Assembly (NCBI GenBank): GCA_965248575.1
Contig: CBDFJQ010000002.1
Location: 608,001 to 672,000, forward strand
Source: Planctomycetota bacterium
GTDB lineage: Bacteria; Planctomycetota; B15-G4
Length of the DNA stretch: 64,000 nucleotides
Direction: 5' to 3'
Positions 9,789 through 19,343 of the stretch are shown here, in pieces (position 1 is the stretch's first letter; each line of letters begins with the position of its first letter). The translations under genes were made by a program, and so were the position numbers. The notes under the pieces are model-generated. The model worked only from the letters and a program-made list of their open reading frames with translations, did not search any database and was not told the DNA's origin.

Positions 9789-10357
9789 CCGTCGTCTGGT
9801 TTCGCCGGCTCGGTTGGGGGCTCGGCGTCCGGCGCGGGGTCGAGTTCGCCGGGCTCGCCGGGTGGCATGCCGTCTGGGCCCGCGGTTTGTTCGGTCTTCG
9901 TTTCGTCGGCGACGTCTTCCCACACTTTCTGTGCTTCGGCTGCCTTCTCGGCAAAGACGCGCATGAGGCTGCGGAAGGTGACGTCCTCGAACCCCATGGC
10001 GCGCGCCGTGGTGTCCACGAACATAGCGAGGGCGCCAATCAGCAGGCCGCCGATGAGCGTCGCACCGAGGAAGAAGCCGGCGCCCCGGGCCAGGCCGGAC
10101 ATGAAATTGACGAAGAGCAGTCGCCGCTTGCTGCCCAGGATCTGGAACAAGCCGTGGACGTCCGATTGGGTACGCATGACCACCCGGTCGTGGATCTTGT
10201 CGACCCGCTCCGAGAGGGCATCAATCTGATCGTCCGTGAGCGAGCTGGCCGGCTGGGGTGCTGCCAGCTCGGGAGATGGGGGCGCCTCCACGAAGTCGTC
10301 TGGCGTCGATGCAGGAGGGGGGGCGTCTTGGGGAGTCTTGGGCGTCTGGTCGCTCAT
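9785..10357 (-). CDS. DUF5665-like membrane protein
   Basis: RRLLFVNFMSGLARGAGFFLGATLI hydrophobic motif with Pro/acidic disordered termini; start uncertain (10357-10369). Confidence 0.6.
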   Translation of the reverse strand: MSDQTPKTPQDAPPPASTPDDFVEAPPSPELAAPQPASSLTDDQIDALSERVDKIHDRVVMRTQSDVHGLFQILGSKRRLLFVNFMSGLARGAGFFLGATLIGGLLIGALAMFVDTTARAMGFEDVTFRSLMRVFAEKAAEAQKVWEDVADETKTEQTAGPDGMPPGEPGELDPAPDAEPPTEPAKPDDG

Positions 10358-10415
10358 GCTGGGCATCATCCGGGCCGAACGGTCGCGCGTCCATGAACCC
10401 ATTCCCGCTCCCTGC

Positions 10416-11342
10416 TCAAGGAATCGGGTGGGGGCTGCTCTGAGGGGTGCCGGGGCCGGCGTCGAGTCGTGCCCGGAGGGCAGCAATGTCCTGCGGGCTC
10501 GTGCCACAACATCCGCCGACGATACGAGCGCCCTGAGCAATCCACTCCAGGGATGTTTGCACGAAGGTCTCGGTTGTGTGTTGCGGCTCTCGATCAAACA
10601 AGGTGTTGGCGTAGGCACCAAAAAGGGGCGGCCGGTCCCGGAGCGCGGCAAGCGCTGGGAGGAGCGGGCTGATCTGCTGCGCTGGACTGCAGTTGATGAG
10701 GAAGGCTTCGGCACCGAGCTGGGCAGCCTGGGACACGGCTCGCTTCCAGCTGTCCCCCGAAAAACAGTCGGCGTGAGGTCCCAGCGTGATGGCTGCCCAG
10801 ACCGGGAGGCCGGTGTCGTGCGCGGCTCGAACGGCGCTTTCCAGCTCATGCAGCGTGGGCATGGTCTCCACAAGCAGCAGGTCCACACCTGCGTCCACCA
10901 GGCAATGCGCCATGGCATGGTGCTCGCCGTCGAGCTCCTCCTGTGGAGGTGTGAGATCCGGGCGGTAGCAATCTTCGAGGGGCGCCATGCTGCCGGCCAC
11001 CCGACCGGGCAGCGGACTGGCCGTGGCACCCACGGCCTCGCGACAGACCCGGACCGCCCGCTGGGTGAGCCGCTCCCAGGGCGTGTCGTCGCCTGCCTGG
11101 GCCAGGGCTCGGCGGGAGGTTCGAAAGGTCGCGGTTGTATGGACGTCAGCCCCGGCCTGGACGTAGGCCGTGTGCACGTCCAGCACCGCCTGGGGGTGGT
11201 CGCGCACGATGGCTGCGGACCAGAGTGGCGGCGGAAGCGCGTAGCCCGCGCGCTCGAGCTCGCTGCCCATGGGGCCGTCGAGCAGGACCAGATCAGAGGC
11301 GGACTGGGTGGGGGTCACGGGCGCGGCGGCCGTTCGGTTCAC
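10416..11342 (-). CDS. Homocysteine S-methyltransferase family protein
   Basis: LLDGPMGSEL, WSA, AGAD, VAGSMAP, LLVETM, INC and GGCCGT Zn ligands; start uncertain (GTG 11342). Confidence 0.9.
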   Translation of the reverse strand: MNRTAAAPVTPTQSASDLVLLDGPMGSELERAGYALPPPLWSAAIVRDHPQAVLDVHTAYVQAGADVHTTATFRTSRRALAQAGDDTPWERLTQRAVRVCREAVGATASPLPGRVAGSMAPLEDCYRPDLTPPQEELDGEHHAMAHCLVDAGVDLLLVETMPTLHELESAVRAAHDTGLPVWAAITLGPHADCFSGDSWKRAVSQAAQLGAEAFLINCSPAQQISPLLPALAALRDRPPLFGAYANTLFDREPQHTTETFVQTSLEWIAQGARIVGGCCGTSPQDIAALRARLDAGPGTPQSSPHPIP

Positions 11343-11404
11343 GGGAGGAGTTCGGGTCGGGCATCTTGCCACGGCCCCCCAGATGGCTGAACTGGGAGTG
11401 CGTT

Positions 11405-11523
11405 GGGATCGAACCAGGGTCGAACCAGGGTCGAACCAGGATTGAACCGGGATTGAACCGGGATTGAACCGGGATTGAACCGGGATTGAACCGGGATTGA
11501 ACCGGGATTGAACCGGGATTGAA
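11405..11523. repeat. 11-bp tandem repeat, about 11 units (GGGATTGAACC with variants AGGGTCGAACC, AGGATTGAACC, GGGATCGAACC)
   Basis: Units start at 11405, 11416, 11427, 11438 (variants), 11449-11514 (six perfect) and 11515 (partial). Confidence 0.97.
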
Positions 11524-11540
11524 GTTGTGGGCTTGGCAGG

Positions 11541-11570
11541 TCGAACAGGTGTTTGATACGATCGTTTGAA
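11541..11570. promoter_or_regulatory. Two overlapping PsrA-like palindromic operators
   Basis: TCGAACAGGTGTTTGA (11541-11556) and TTGATACGATCGTTTGAA (11553-11570) resemble (G/C)AAAC-N2-4-GTTT(G/C), upstream of a PsrA-like TetR. Confidence 0.6.
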
Positions 11571-11655
11571 ACAAAGGCCGGAGGCGCAGACCCCCGTCCG
11601 ATCCAGTTCTAGGCGACAGGTCTTGGTGACCGGGCCCCCCTCGCAGGTTCCTCCC

Positions 11656-12288
11656 ATGGCGAATGACTCCAGCACGCGCGAGCGGCTCCTGGATGCGGCC
11701 GAGCAGGTGATGGCTGAACGGGGATTCAATGCTGCGAGCCTGCGCCAGATCACCAGCCGGGCCGGAGCCAATCTGGCTGCCGTGAACTACCACTTCGGAT
11801 CCAAGTTGGAGTTGGTCCAGGCCGTCTTCGCCCGGCGCCTGGGGCCCATGAATGCGGAACGCCTGGAACAGCTGGAGGCTGTCATGGCGGAGGCCGGGGA
11901 CGGGCGCCCTGACTTGCGGGGGATCCTGCGGGCCTTCTTGGGCCCTGCCCTCGGCATGGGGCGCAGCGAAGGCCGGGAGTTCTTCGTCATGGTGGCGCGC
12001 GCGCACTCAGCGCCGAACGTTGAACTGAACGAAGCCTTCGTGTCCCAGTTCGGCGAGGTGATCGAGCGCTTTCGCGAAGCGCTTCAACGAGCCCTGCCGG
12101 GTGCGCCCCTGAGCGATGTGTTCTGGAGCCTGCACTTCATCATCGGCGCACTCTGCCACACGGTGGTGAGTACACACTTGCTGACGCTGGCGACCAACGG
12201 GCTCTGCACCGATGAGGATGGCGATGCGGTGCTGGAGTCGCTCGTGGACTTCGCCGTCGCGGGCATGCGGCGCGGAGAAACGGCATGA
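11656..12288 (+). CDS. TetR/AcrR family regulator, PsrA-like
   Basis: TRERLLDAAEQVMAERGFNAASLRQITSRAGANLAAVNYHFGSK HTH; ATGA-coupled to the efflux operon. Confidence 0.93.
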   Translation: MANDSSTRERLLDAAEQVMAERGFNAASLRQITSRAGANLAAVNYHFGSKLELVQAVFARRLGPMNAERLEQLEAVMAEAGDGRPDLRGILRAFLGPALGMGRSEGREFFVMVARAHSAPNVELNEAFVSQFGEVIERFREALQRALPGAPLSDVFWSLHFIIGALCHTVVSTHLLTLATNGLCTDEDGDAVLESLVDFAVAGMRRGETA

Positions 12289-13760
12289 CGTCGCGCAATC
12301 GGTTCGGCCTGGGTCTGCTCGTGCTGCTGAGCTTTGCGTGTGCGGGCCCGGGGGAGCGCACAGAGCGTGGTCTGGATCTCGAGCTGCCCGAGGCTTGGGC
12401 CAGCGGCGAGAAGAGCGAGCCGCTCGAGGGCGTGGACACCACCTGGTGGCGGGAGCTGGTGGACGACGAGTTGCTCGCGTTGGTGGACGAGGCCTTGGAG
12501 CACAATGTCGATCTGCGAGCTTCTGCCGCACTGATGTTCGCGTCGGAAGCCAGCGCACGGGTGGAGGGTGCCGCGGGCTTGCCGGATGTCAGCGTGGGCC
12601 TCGATCGCAATCGCACCAAGCGCAACTTCATTGGTTTTCCAACGGGTGGAGGAGGCGGCGGTGGCGGCGTGGCCGTCAGCCGTTCCACCACCTTCGAGCT
12701 GGCGCTCAGCACGCGCTGGGAGGTCGACCTCTGGGATCGCCTGGGCAGCCGTGAGCGGGCAGCCCAGGAGGAGAGCTTTGCGGCTTGGGCTGACCATGAG
12801 TTCGCGAAGGTGTCCCTGGCCGGGGCCGTGATCCGCACCTGGTACGAATTGGTGGAGGCCCAGAAGCAGGTGGAGCTGGCGCTGAAGACCCAGCAGACCT
12901 GGAGCGCCAGCGCTGATCTGATCAAGGGACGCTACACCGGAGGGCTGAGCCCGGCGCTGGACGCGCGCCTGGTCCTGGTGGAGCTCGAACGGGCGACCGC
13001 AGAACGGGTGCGCCTTGAGCGGCTGCAGTCAGAGGCGGCGCGCACCATGGAGCTGCTCTTGGGGCGCTACCCCAAAGGAGAACTCGAGGCAGCAGGCGAC
13101 TTGCTTCCGCCGCGGGAGCAGGTCCCCGCAGGATTGCCAGCTAGCCTCATTGGGCGTCGCGCGGACCTCTTCGCAGCTGAGCGACGGCTGGTCGCGGCGG
13201 AGGCGCGGGTGGATGCCTCCCGCGCGAGCTTCTATCCGAGCCTGGTGCTGACGGGTGCCGTGGGGACATCCAGCACCAAGCTCTCGGACTTGCTGGACGG
13301 TGACTTCGGTGTCTGGCGTCTGTTGGGGTCACTCGTTCAGCCGCTCTTTGAAGGGGGGCGTCTGCGGGCAGAGCTCGACATCTCGGACGCGACGGCAGAG
13401 GCTCAGTTGGCGCGCTTCGCTGGCCTGGTACTGGCGGCGTTGGCCGAGGTCGAGAACGCGCTGGCGGCCGAGAGCAGCCTGGATGAGGAACTGAAGCGGC
13501 GCAGTGCCGTCGCAGATCATGCGCAGCACGCGCGCGACCTAGCCCGGGAACGCTACAGCCAAGGCTTGAGCGACGTGAGCACATGGCTCGATGCCCAGCG
13601 CACGGCGTACGTGGCGGAGTCCTCGTTGATTCGCTTGCGGCGTCTGCGACTGACGTCCCGGGTCCGCCTGCACCTGGCCCTCGGGGGGGGATTCTCCGCT
13701 CCGGAGCAGCCAGGGCAGCCCGGTTCGCGAGAACCACAATCCGATGCAGAGGGAGAGTGA
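12285..13760 (+). CDS. Efflux outer-membrane lipoprotein (NodT/OprM/TolC family)
   Basis: Lipobox SFAC; WW...L..LV..AL..NxDL, WEVDLW, VPAGLPASLIGRRADL..AE, LHLALGGG. Confidence 0.93.
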   Translation: MTSRNRFGLGLLVLLSFACAGPGERTERGLDLELPEAWASGEKSEPLEGVDTTWWRELVDDELLALVDEALEHNVDLRASAALMFASEASARVEGAAGLPDVSVGLDRNRTKRNFIGFPTGGGGGGGGVAVSRSTTFELALSTRWEVDLWDRLGSRERAAQEESFAAWADHEFAKVSLAGAVIRTWYELVEAQKQVELALKTQQTWSASADLIKGRYTGGLSPALDARLVLVELERATAERVRLERLQSEAARTMELLLGRYPKGELEAAGDLLPPREQVPAGLPASLIGRRADLFAAERRLVAAEARVDASRASFYPSLVLTGAVGTSSTKLSDLLDGDFGVWRLLGSLVQPLFEGGRLRAELDISDATAEAQLARFAGLVLAALAEVENALAAESSLDEELKRRSAVADHAQHARDLARERYSQGLSDVSTWLDAQRTAYVAESSLIRLRRLRLTSRVRLHLALGGGFSAPEQPGQPGSREPQSDAEGE

Positions 13761-13763
13761 CCC

Positions 13764-14993
13764 ATGGGTCGTGCCGTTGGAATCCTGAGAGCCACCTTGC
13801 CGATCCTGGTGCTTGTGGGTGCTGGGCTCATGGTGAAGGCCATGCTCGACTCCCGGGAGGAGCCGGAGAAGCTCTCGTCACCGCCCCCGGCACCCCTGGT
13901 TCGGGCCATGCGCGCCAGTTCGCTCGACGTGACGTACACCGTGATGAGTCAGGGCGACGTCATGGCGCCCACCGAGAGCCGGTTGATCCCGCGCGTGTCC
14001 GGGCCCATCGATTGGGTGGCTCCTGAGTTCGTGGTCGGGGGTTTCTTCAGACAGGGCGACGTGCTGTTGCGGCTCGACCGGCGCGATCACGAGTTGGCGG
14101 TGGTCGAGGCAGCAGCGAAGGTGGCAGCTGCAGAGCTCGCGCTCGCGCGGGAGCAGAGTGAGGCGGCAGTTGCGCGTGCGGAGTGGGAGGCCCTGGGGGA
14201 AGGTGAGGCGAGCCCCTTGGTCCTGCGAGTTCCGCATCTCGCCGAGGCACGTGCTGGGCTCGCGGCAGCTCGCGCTGCCGCGGAACTCGCACAGCTGAAC
14301 CTGGATCGGACCGAGCTGCGGGCTCCCTTTGACGGTCGGGTGCGGACGCGCTCGGCTGACCTGGGGCAGATGGTCAGCCCCACGACGGAACTCGCGACGC
14401 TCTACGCCATCGATCGGGCCGAGGTGCGCTTGCCGGTGCCGCACGGGGAGCTGGAATTCCTGGACCTGCCGCCGGCCTTTTATGGCCAGGCAGCCGGGCT
14501 GGAAGACGGCCGGATCGAGGGCCCCCAAGTCCGACTGACGGCGCGCTTTGCCGGTCATTCGGGCTCCTGGCAGGGCCGCCTGGTGCGCATGGAGGGCGAG
14601 GTGGACCGCTCCTCCCGAATGGTTCATCTGGTGGTCTCGGTGGACGACCCCTATGGCCGTTTGCAGGAGGTTCCGCCGCCCATTCCCCTGGCGCTTGGAC
14701 TGTTCGTGTCCGCGGAGATCCGCGGGCGGGAGAAGAGCGATGTGTTGGTGCTGCCCCGTTCGGCCATGCGCCCCAACTCGCAGGTCTTCGTGGTGGACGA
14801 CGAAGGGCGACTGCGCTTCCGTACCGTGCAGGTCGCCCGGATCGAAGGGGAGCAGGTGGTCCTCGCTTCAGGCATCGAGGACGGCGAGCAGATCTGTGTC
14901 GGCATCCTGGAGACTCCCGTCGATGGCATGAGCGTGCGCGTGGAACAGGCGACCAGCAGCGGCTTGCCCGCCGCGCTCGAGATCAAGCCATGA
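13764..14993 (+). CDS. RND periplasmic adaptor (membrane fusion protein)
   Basis: N-terminal anchor, lipoyl halves PRVSGPI and LRAPFDGRV, coiled-coil hairpin. Confidence 0.92.
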   Translation: MGRAVGILRATLPILVLVGAGLMVKAMLDSREEPEKLSSPPPAPLVRAMRASSLDVTYTVMSQGDVMAPTESRLIPRVSGPIDWVAPEFVVGGFFRQGDVLLRLDRRDHELAVVEAAAKVAAAELALAREQSEAAVARAEWEALGEGEASPLVLRVPHLAEARAGLAAARAAAELAQLNLDRTELRAPFDGRVRTRSADLGQMVSPTTELATLYAIDRAEVRLPVPHGELEFLDLPPAFYGQAAGLEDGRIEGPQVRLTARFAGHSGSWQGRLVRMEGEVDRSSRMVHLVVSVDDPYGRLQEVPPPIPLALGLFVSAEIRGREKSDVLVLPRSAMRPNSQVFVVDDEGRLRFRTVQVARIEGEQVVLASGIEDGEQICVGILETPVDGMSVRVEQATSSGLPAALEIKP

Positions 14994-17900
14994 AGGCCGC
15001 CATCGATTGGGTCGCGGAGCATGGCGTCGCGGCCAACATGCTCATGGCCGTGATCCTGGTGGCGGGGGCTGTCGTACTCCCCGGCATCGAGCAGTCGGTC
15101 TTTCCAGAGGTGGACTCCGGCCTCGTGACAGTGACCGTGGAGATGCGCGGCGCTGCGCCGGAGGAGGTGGAAGAGGGCGTCTGCATCAAGGTCGAGGAAG
15201 CGGTGTCAGGCATCGAAGGTGTGAAGCGCATCACCTCGAGAGCGGTCAGCGGCATGGGCACCGTCACCATCGAGTTGGAGAACGACGCGGAGCCGCGCGA
15301 CGTCATGGACGACGTCAAGTCCGCCGTGGATGCCATCGACAGCTTCCCGGAGAACTCCGAGAACCCCGTCGTGGCCGAGTTCGAGGTGACGCGTCAGGTG
15401 ATCAACGTGGCGCTCTCCGGGGATGTCCAGGAGACGACCCTCGTGCGCCTCGGGGAACGGGTGCGCGATGACTTGCTCGGGCTGGCCGAGATCAGCTTGG
15501 CGAAACTGTCCAACGTCCGACCCTACGAGGTCTCGATCGAGGTGTCGGAGGCCGAAATGCGGCGTTACGGACTGACCTTCGATGAGTTGGTCGCAGCGGT
15601 CCGGAGTTCGTCGCTGGATGTGTCCGGTGGGTCGGTGAAAACGGATGGTGGCGAGATCCTGCTGAGGGCACGGCACCAGGCCTACCGTCAGGCGGAGTTC
15701 GAAAAGCTCGTGCTGCGCACCGGCAACGATGGCTCACGCCTGACGCTGGCCGACGTCGCTTCGGTGGTGGACGCCTTCGAGGACACGGGGCAGTCGGCGC
15801 GCTTCGACGGGCAGGCGGGTGTCCTGGTGCGGGTGTATCGCGTCGGCGACCAGCGGGCCCTGGACATCGCGGACGCCGTCTACGCGTATGTCGAAGAGGC
15901 CCGGGCCGACCTCCCCGAAGGGGTGGAGCTGACGACCTGGCAAGACGATGCGCGCCTGTTGCGCAGTCGCCTGGACCTGCTCCTGGACAATGGGCGCACG
16001 GGACTGCTGCTCGTGTTCCTGACCCTGGCGCTGTTCCTGCGCTTGTCTCTCGCGTTTTGGGTCACGGTGGGTATCCCGATCTCGTTCCTGGGGGCCGCTC
16101 TCGTCATGCCGCTGCTGGGGGTCTCCGTGAACATGATCTCCCTCTTCGGCTTCATCGTCGCCTTGGGGATCGTGGTTGATGACGCCATCGTGGTGGGGGA
16201 GAACATCTACGCTCATGCGGAGAAGGGCAAGAAGGGGCTGGTCGCCGTTCTTGCGGGGGTGCACGAGGTGCGCACGCCGGTGATCTTCGCGATCCTCACG
16301 ACCATTGCAGCCTTCTCGCCGTTGGTGGGGATCCCCGGCATCATGGGTGACTTCGTGTCCCAGCTGCCGTTGATCGTCGTACCCACGCTGTTGTTCTCCT
16401 TGGTGGAGTCCCTGTTCATCCTGCCGGCACACCTGGCGCACCTGGGGGAGCGCAGGAAGAGCAAGGGCTTCGGCCTCCTGCGGCTCTGGGAAAAGGTCCA
16501 GGACGCCGTGACGGCAGCACTCGAGAGATTCGTCCAGCGCGTCTACACGCCCTTCTTGGGCATCTGCATCCGCTGGCGGTACCTGACGCTCGCCGTCGCA
16601 TCTGCCTCACTCATGCTGACGTTCGCGGGCTTCGGAGCTGGCTTCGTGAAGTTCCATTTCTTCCCGGACGTGGAGGCCGACAACGTCGTGGCGTTCGTCA
16701 CGATGCCCCAGGGCACGCCGGCCGAGGTCACGGCAGCTGCAGTTGAGCGCATCGAGCGGGCCGCCCTGTCCCTGCGGGATGAGGTGGAAGAGCGGGAAGG
16801 CGGGGCCGTGTTCCGCCACGTGCTGGCTTCGGTTGGTGACCAACCCTTCCGGAATGACCAGGGCCGGGGTTTCGGAAAGGCTGCAAACTTCACGGGCGCC
16901 CACACCGGGGAAGTGAACATCGAGCTGGTTCCGAGTGAGGAGCGGGTCGTGGGTTCCACGGAGCTCGTGGCCGAGTTGCGAGAGCGCACCGGGCCCATCC
17001 CTGGGACGGTGGAGCTGATCTTCAGCAGCAACCTGATGTCCACCGGTGACGCCATCGACATCCAGCTGACGGGCACGGACCTCGCGGCCCTGCGACAGGT
17101 GGCGGACGAACTCAAGCTGCGGCTCCGGGACTACCCGGGTGTCTCCGACATCTCCGACTCCTTCCGCTCGGGCCAGGCCGAGCAGCGCTTGGAGATCACG
17201 CCCGAAGCAGAGAGCCTGGGGCTCACGCGTGCCGATCTCGCGCGCCAGGTGCGCCAGGGCTTCTACGGCGAGGAGGCGCAACGCATCCAGCGCGGGCGCG
17301 ACGAGGTTCGGGTGATGGTGCGCTACCCCGCAGATGAGCGCCGCTCGCTCAGCCATGTCGAGAACATGCGGGTCCGCTTGCCGGATGGTGCGGAGGTACC
17401 GTTCAGCACCGTGGCACTCGTTGAGGAAGCCCGGGGTGATTCAGTGATCCAGCGCTCGGATCGCCGCCGCAGCCTGAACGTCACCGCCGATGTGGATCTC
17501 GCCGTCAACGACCCCAATCTGGTGCTCGCGGATCTCCAGGAGTCCGTGCTTCCGCAGCTGCTGGTTGATCACCCGACGATGTCCTACAGCCTCGAGGGCG
17601 AGCAGCGGGAGCAGGCCGACACCGTGGGCGGCATGATCCGCGGTTTCCTGCTGGCGTTGGTCATGATCTACGCCCTGCTGGCGATCCCCTTCCGCTCCTA
17701 CCTGCAGCCGGTGATCGTCATGTTGGCGATCCCCTTCGGCATCGTTGGCGCGATCTGGGGCCACCTGTTCATGGGCATGTCCCTGACCATCATGTCCTTG
17801 TTCGGGGTGGTGGCGCTGACGGGCATCCTGGTGAATGACAGCCTGGTGATGGTGGACTTCATCAACAGCCGGCGCCGGGAGGGGGCCGCGACCTTGAATG

Positions 17901-18175
17901 CGGTGATCGCTGCGGGGCCGGCGCGTTTTCGCGCCATCCTGCTCACCTCCTTGACCACCTTCGCCGGCCTGTCTCCGCTGTTGCTGGAGCGCAGCTTGCA
18001 AGCCAAGTTCCTGATCCCCATGGCGGTGTCGCTCGGCTTCGGTGTGCTCTTCGCGACGGCCATCACGCTGCTGCTGGTGCCCGTGTCGTACATGCTGCTC
18101 GAGGATGTCCTGACGGGCGTTCGCAAGTTGCGCGGAGTCGACGACCTTCCACCCTTCGAGGGGCATGCTGCCTGA
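14990..18175 (+). CDS. RND efflux permease (AcrB/AcrD/AcrF family)
   Basis: 1061 aa; GIVVDDAIVVGENI, GILVNDSLV, RFRAILLTSLTT. Confidence 0.95.
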   Translation: MKAAIDWVAEHGVAANMLMAVILVAGAVVLPGIEQSVFPEVDSGLVTVTVEMRGAAPEEVEEGVCIKVEEAVSGIEGVKRITSRAVSGMGTVTIELENDAEPRDVMDDVKSAVDAIDSFPENSENPVVAEFEVTRQVINVALSGDVQETTLVRLGERVRDDLLGLAEISLAKLSNVRPYEVSIEVSEAEMRRYGLTFDELVAAVRSSSLDVSGGSVKTDGGEILLRARHQAYRQAEFEKLVLRTGNDGSRLTLADVASVVDAFEDTGQSARFDGQAGVLVRVYRVGDQRALDIADAVYAYVEEARADLPEGVELTTWQDDARLLRSRLDLLLDNGRTGLLLVFLTLALFLRLSLAFWVTVGIPISFLGAALVMPLLGVSVNMISLFGFIVALGIVVDDAIVVGENIYAHAEKGKKGLVAVLAGVHEVRTPVIFAILTTIAAFSPLVGIPGIMGDFVSQLPLIVVPTLLFSLVESLFILPAHLAHLGERRKSKGFGLLRLWEKVQDAVTAALERFVQRVYTPFLGICIRWRYLTLAVASASLMLTFAGFGAGFVKFHFFPDVEADNVVAFVTMPQGTPAEVTAAAVERIERAALSLRDEVEEREGGAVFRHVLASVGDQPFRNDQGRGFGKAANFTGAHTGEVNIELVPSEERVVGSTELVAELRERTGPIPGTVELIFSSNLMSTGDAIDIQLTGTDLAALRQVADELKLRLRDYPGVSDISDSFRSGQAEQRLEITPEAESLGLTRADLARQVRQGFYGEEAQRIQRGRDEVRVMVRYPADERRSLSHVENMRVRLPDGAEVPFSTVALVEEARGDSVIQRSDRRRSLNVTADVDLAVNDPNLVLADLQESVLPQLLVDHPTMSYSLEGEQREQADTVGGMIRGFLLALVMIYALLAIPFRSYLQPVIVMLAIPFGIVGAIWGHLFMGMSLTIMSLFGVVALTGILVNDSLVMVDFINSRRREGAATLNAVIAAGPARFRAILLTSLTTFAGLSPLLLERSLQAKFLIPMAVSLGFGVLFATAITLLLVPVSYMLLEDVLTGVRKLRGVDDLPPFEGHAA

Positions 18176-18191
18176 GGGCAGGGCGCTGCCT

Positions 18192-19343
18192 TCAGAGCAA
18201 CGGGTCGAACCACCCGAACAGTGTTTCCATCAGGCGCAAACTGAGGGGCCGGGCCTCCCATTGAGCCAGGCGGATCTCACGGGCGGACTCGAGATCTCGT
18301 TCGAACTGCCCCTGGAGGGTCGTGAGTGTCGTTGCCGAATGGATGCCCAGGTCCAGCTCGAGGTTGAAGTGCCGACTCCAGTTGTCGAGATTCGACGAAC
18401 CGACGTAGCCCCAATGTTGGTCGGCGACGGCGTACTTGCTGTGCAGCATGCTGCGCTGGAACTCGAAGATACGCACGCCCCGCTGGAGCAGCGAGCGATA
18501 GTAGCGGCGGCCCGCGTTCCAGACGGCGAAGTGATCCGTGCGCGGCCCGGGTAGGAGCAGGCGGACATGCACGCCCCGCTGTGCGGCGCGGGTGAGCGCT
18601 CGGCGCAGCAGGAAGCTCGGGACAAAGTAGGCGTTCGTCAAGCTCACGGAATCGCGCGCTTCGTGGATGGCGATCCGCAACCGTCGCTGAAGTTCCGGCC
18701 GTCCGCGTCGGGTGACGAGCGTGTGCAAGGTCTGGTCTCCCCGGTCTCCCTGGTGTGCTCCTGGAGCGATGGCGGGGTGCTCGTCCCGAAGGTCCGGGAG
18801 GCGCTCCTTGGTGGCGCGCTTCCAGTCCGTGACGAAGAGCCGTCTCAGCTGGGGCACGACCGGGCCTTCGACCCGGACCATCAGGTCCCACCACTCTTCC
18901 GGAGCTTGTTGGAGCCATCCGTCGGCGAAGCCTGCGCCGCCCGTGTACGCCACGCGCCCGTCAATCAGGACCAGCTTGCGATGAAAGCGACGCATGAGCC
19001 GTGAATCGAAGAGCGGGAAGCGCAGGGCGTGGAAGTAGCACACCTTGCCGCCCGCTTGTTTCAGGGCCGCCAGGTCCGAGCTCTGGACTCTTCGTCCGCC
19101 TATGCCATCCAGCAGCACACGCACCCGAAGTCCGCGCGCGGCGGCCACGCGTGCAGCCTCTAGAAAACGGCGGCCGGTTTCGTCGTCTTCCCAGAGGTAG
19201 GTTCCGAGCAGCACTTCCGTCTGGGCGGACTCAATGTCTTCGAGAATCCGTGGATAGAACTCGGGGCCCCCGGACAACACTTGCAGGGAGTTGCCCGGAG
19301 TGGGTTGCCACACGTACCGAGAGGGGCCGGCACCGAACTTCAC
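18192..19343 (-). CDS. clsB: Cardiolipin synthase B-type phospholipase D
   Basis: Two HKD motifs (HRKLVLIDG, HSKYAVAD), NAYFVP, VGSSNLD; no N-terminal TM; coupled to upstream EEP gene. Confidence 0.85.
   Translation of the reverse strand: MKFGAGPSRYVWQPTPGNSLQVLSGGPEFYPRILEDIESAQTEVLLGTYLWEDDETGRRFLEAARVAAARGLRVRVLLDGIGGRRVQSSDLAALKQAGGKVCYFHALRFPLFDSRLMRRFHRKLVLIDGRVAYTGGAGFADGWLQQAPEEWWDLMVRVEGPVVPQLRRLFVTDWKRATKERLPDLRDEHPAIAPGAHQGDRGDQTLHTLVTRRGRPELQRRLRIAIHEARDSVSLTNAYFVPSFLLRRALTRAAQRGVHVRLLLPGPRTDHFAVWNAGRRYYRSLLQRGVRIFEFQRSMLHSKYAVADQHWGYVGSSNLDNWSRHFNLELDLGIHSATTLTTLQGQFERDLESAREIRLAQWEARPLSLRLMETLFGWFDPLL

Noticed and set aside
11405..11523. CRISPR array (units contain ATTGAA)
   Set aside because: Units are 11 bp and contiguous with no spacers; no cas genes in the window
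11343..11540. SAM riboswitch or intact tRNA upstream of the methyltransferase
   Set aside because: No recognisable SAM riboswitch core and no cloverleaf 5' half
11343..11771. N-terminal extension of the methyltransferase encoding PVQSRFNPGSI repeats
   Set aside because: Read-through of the DNA repeat in an open frame; overlaps the TetR gene; family homology starts near LLDG
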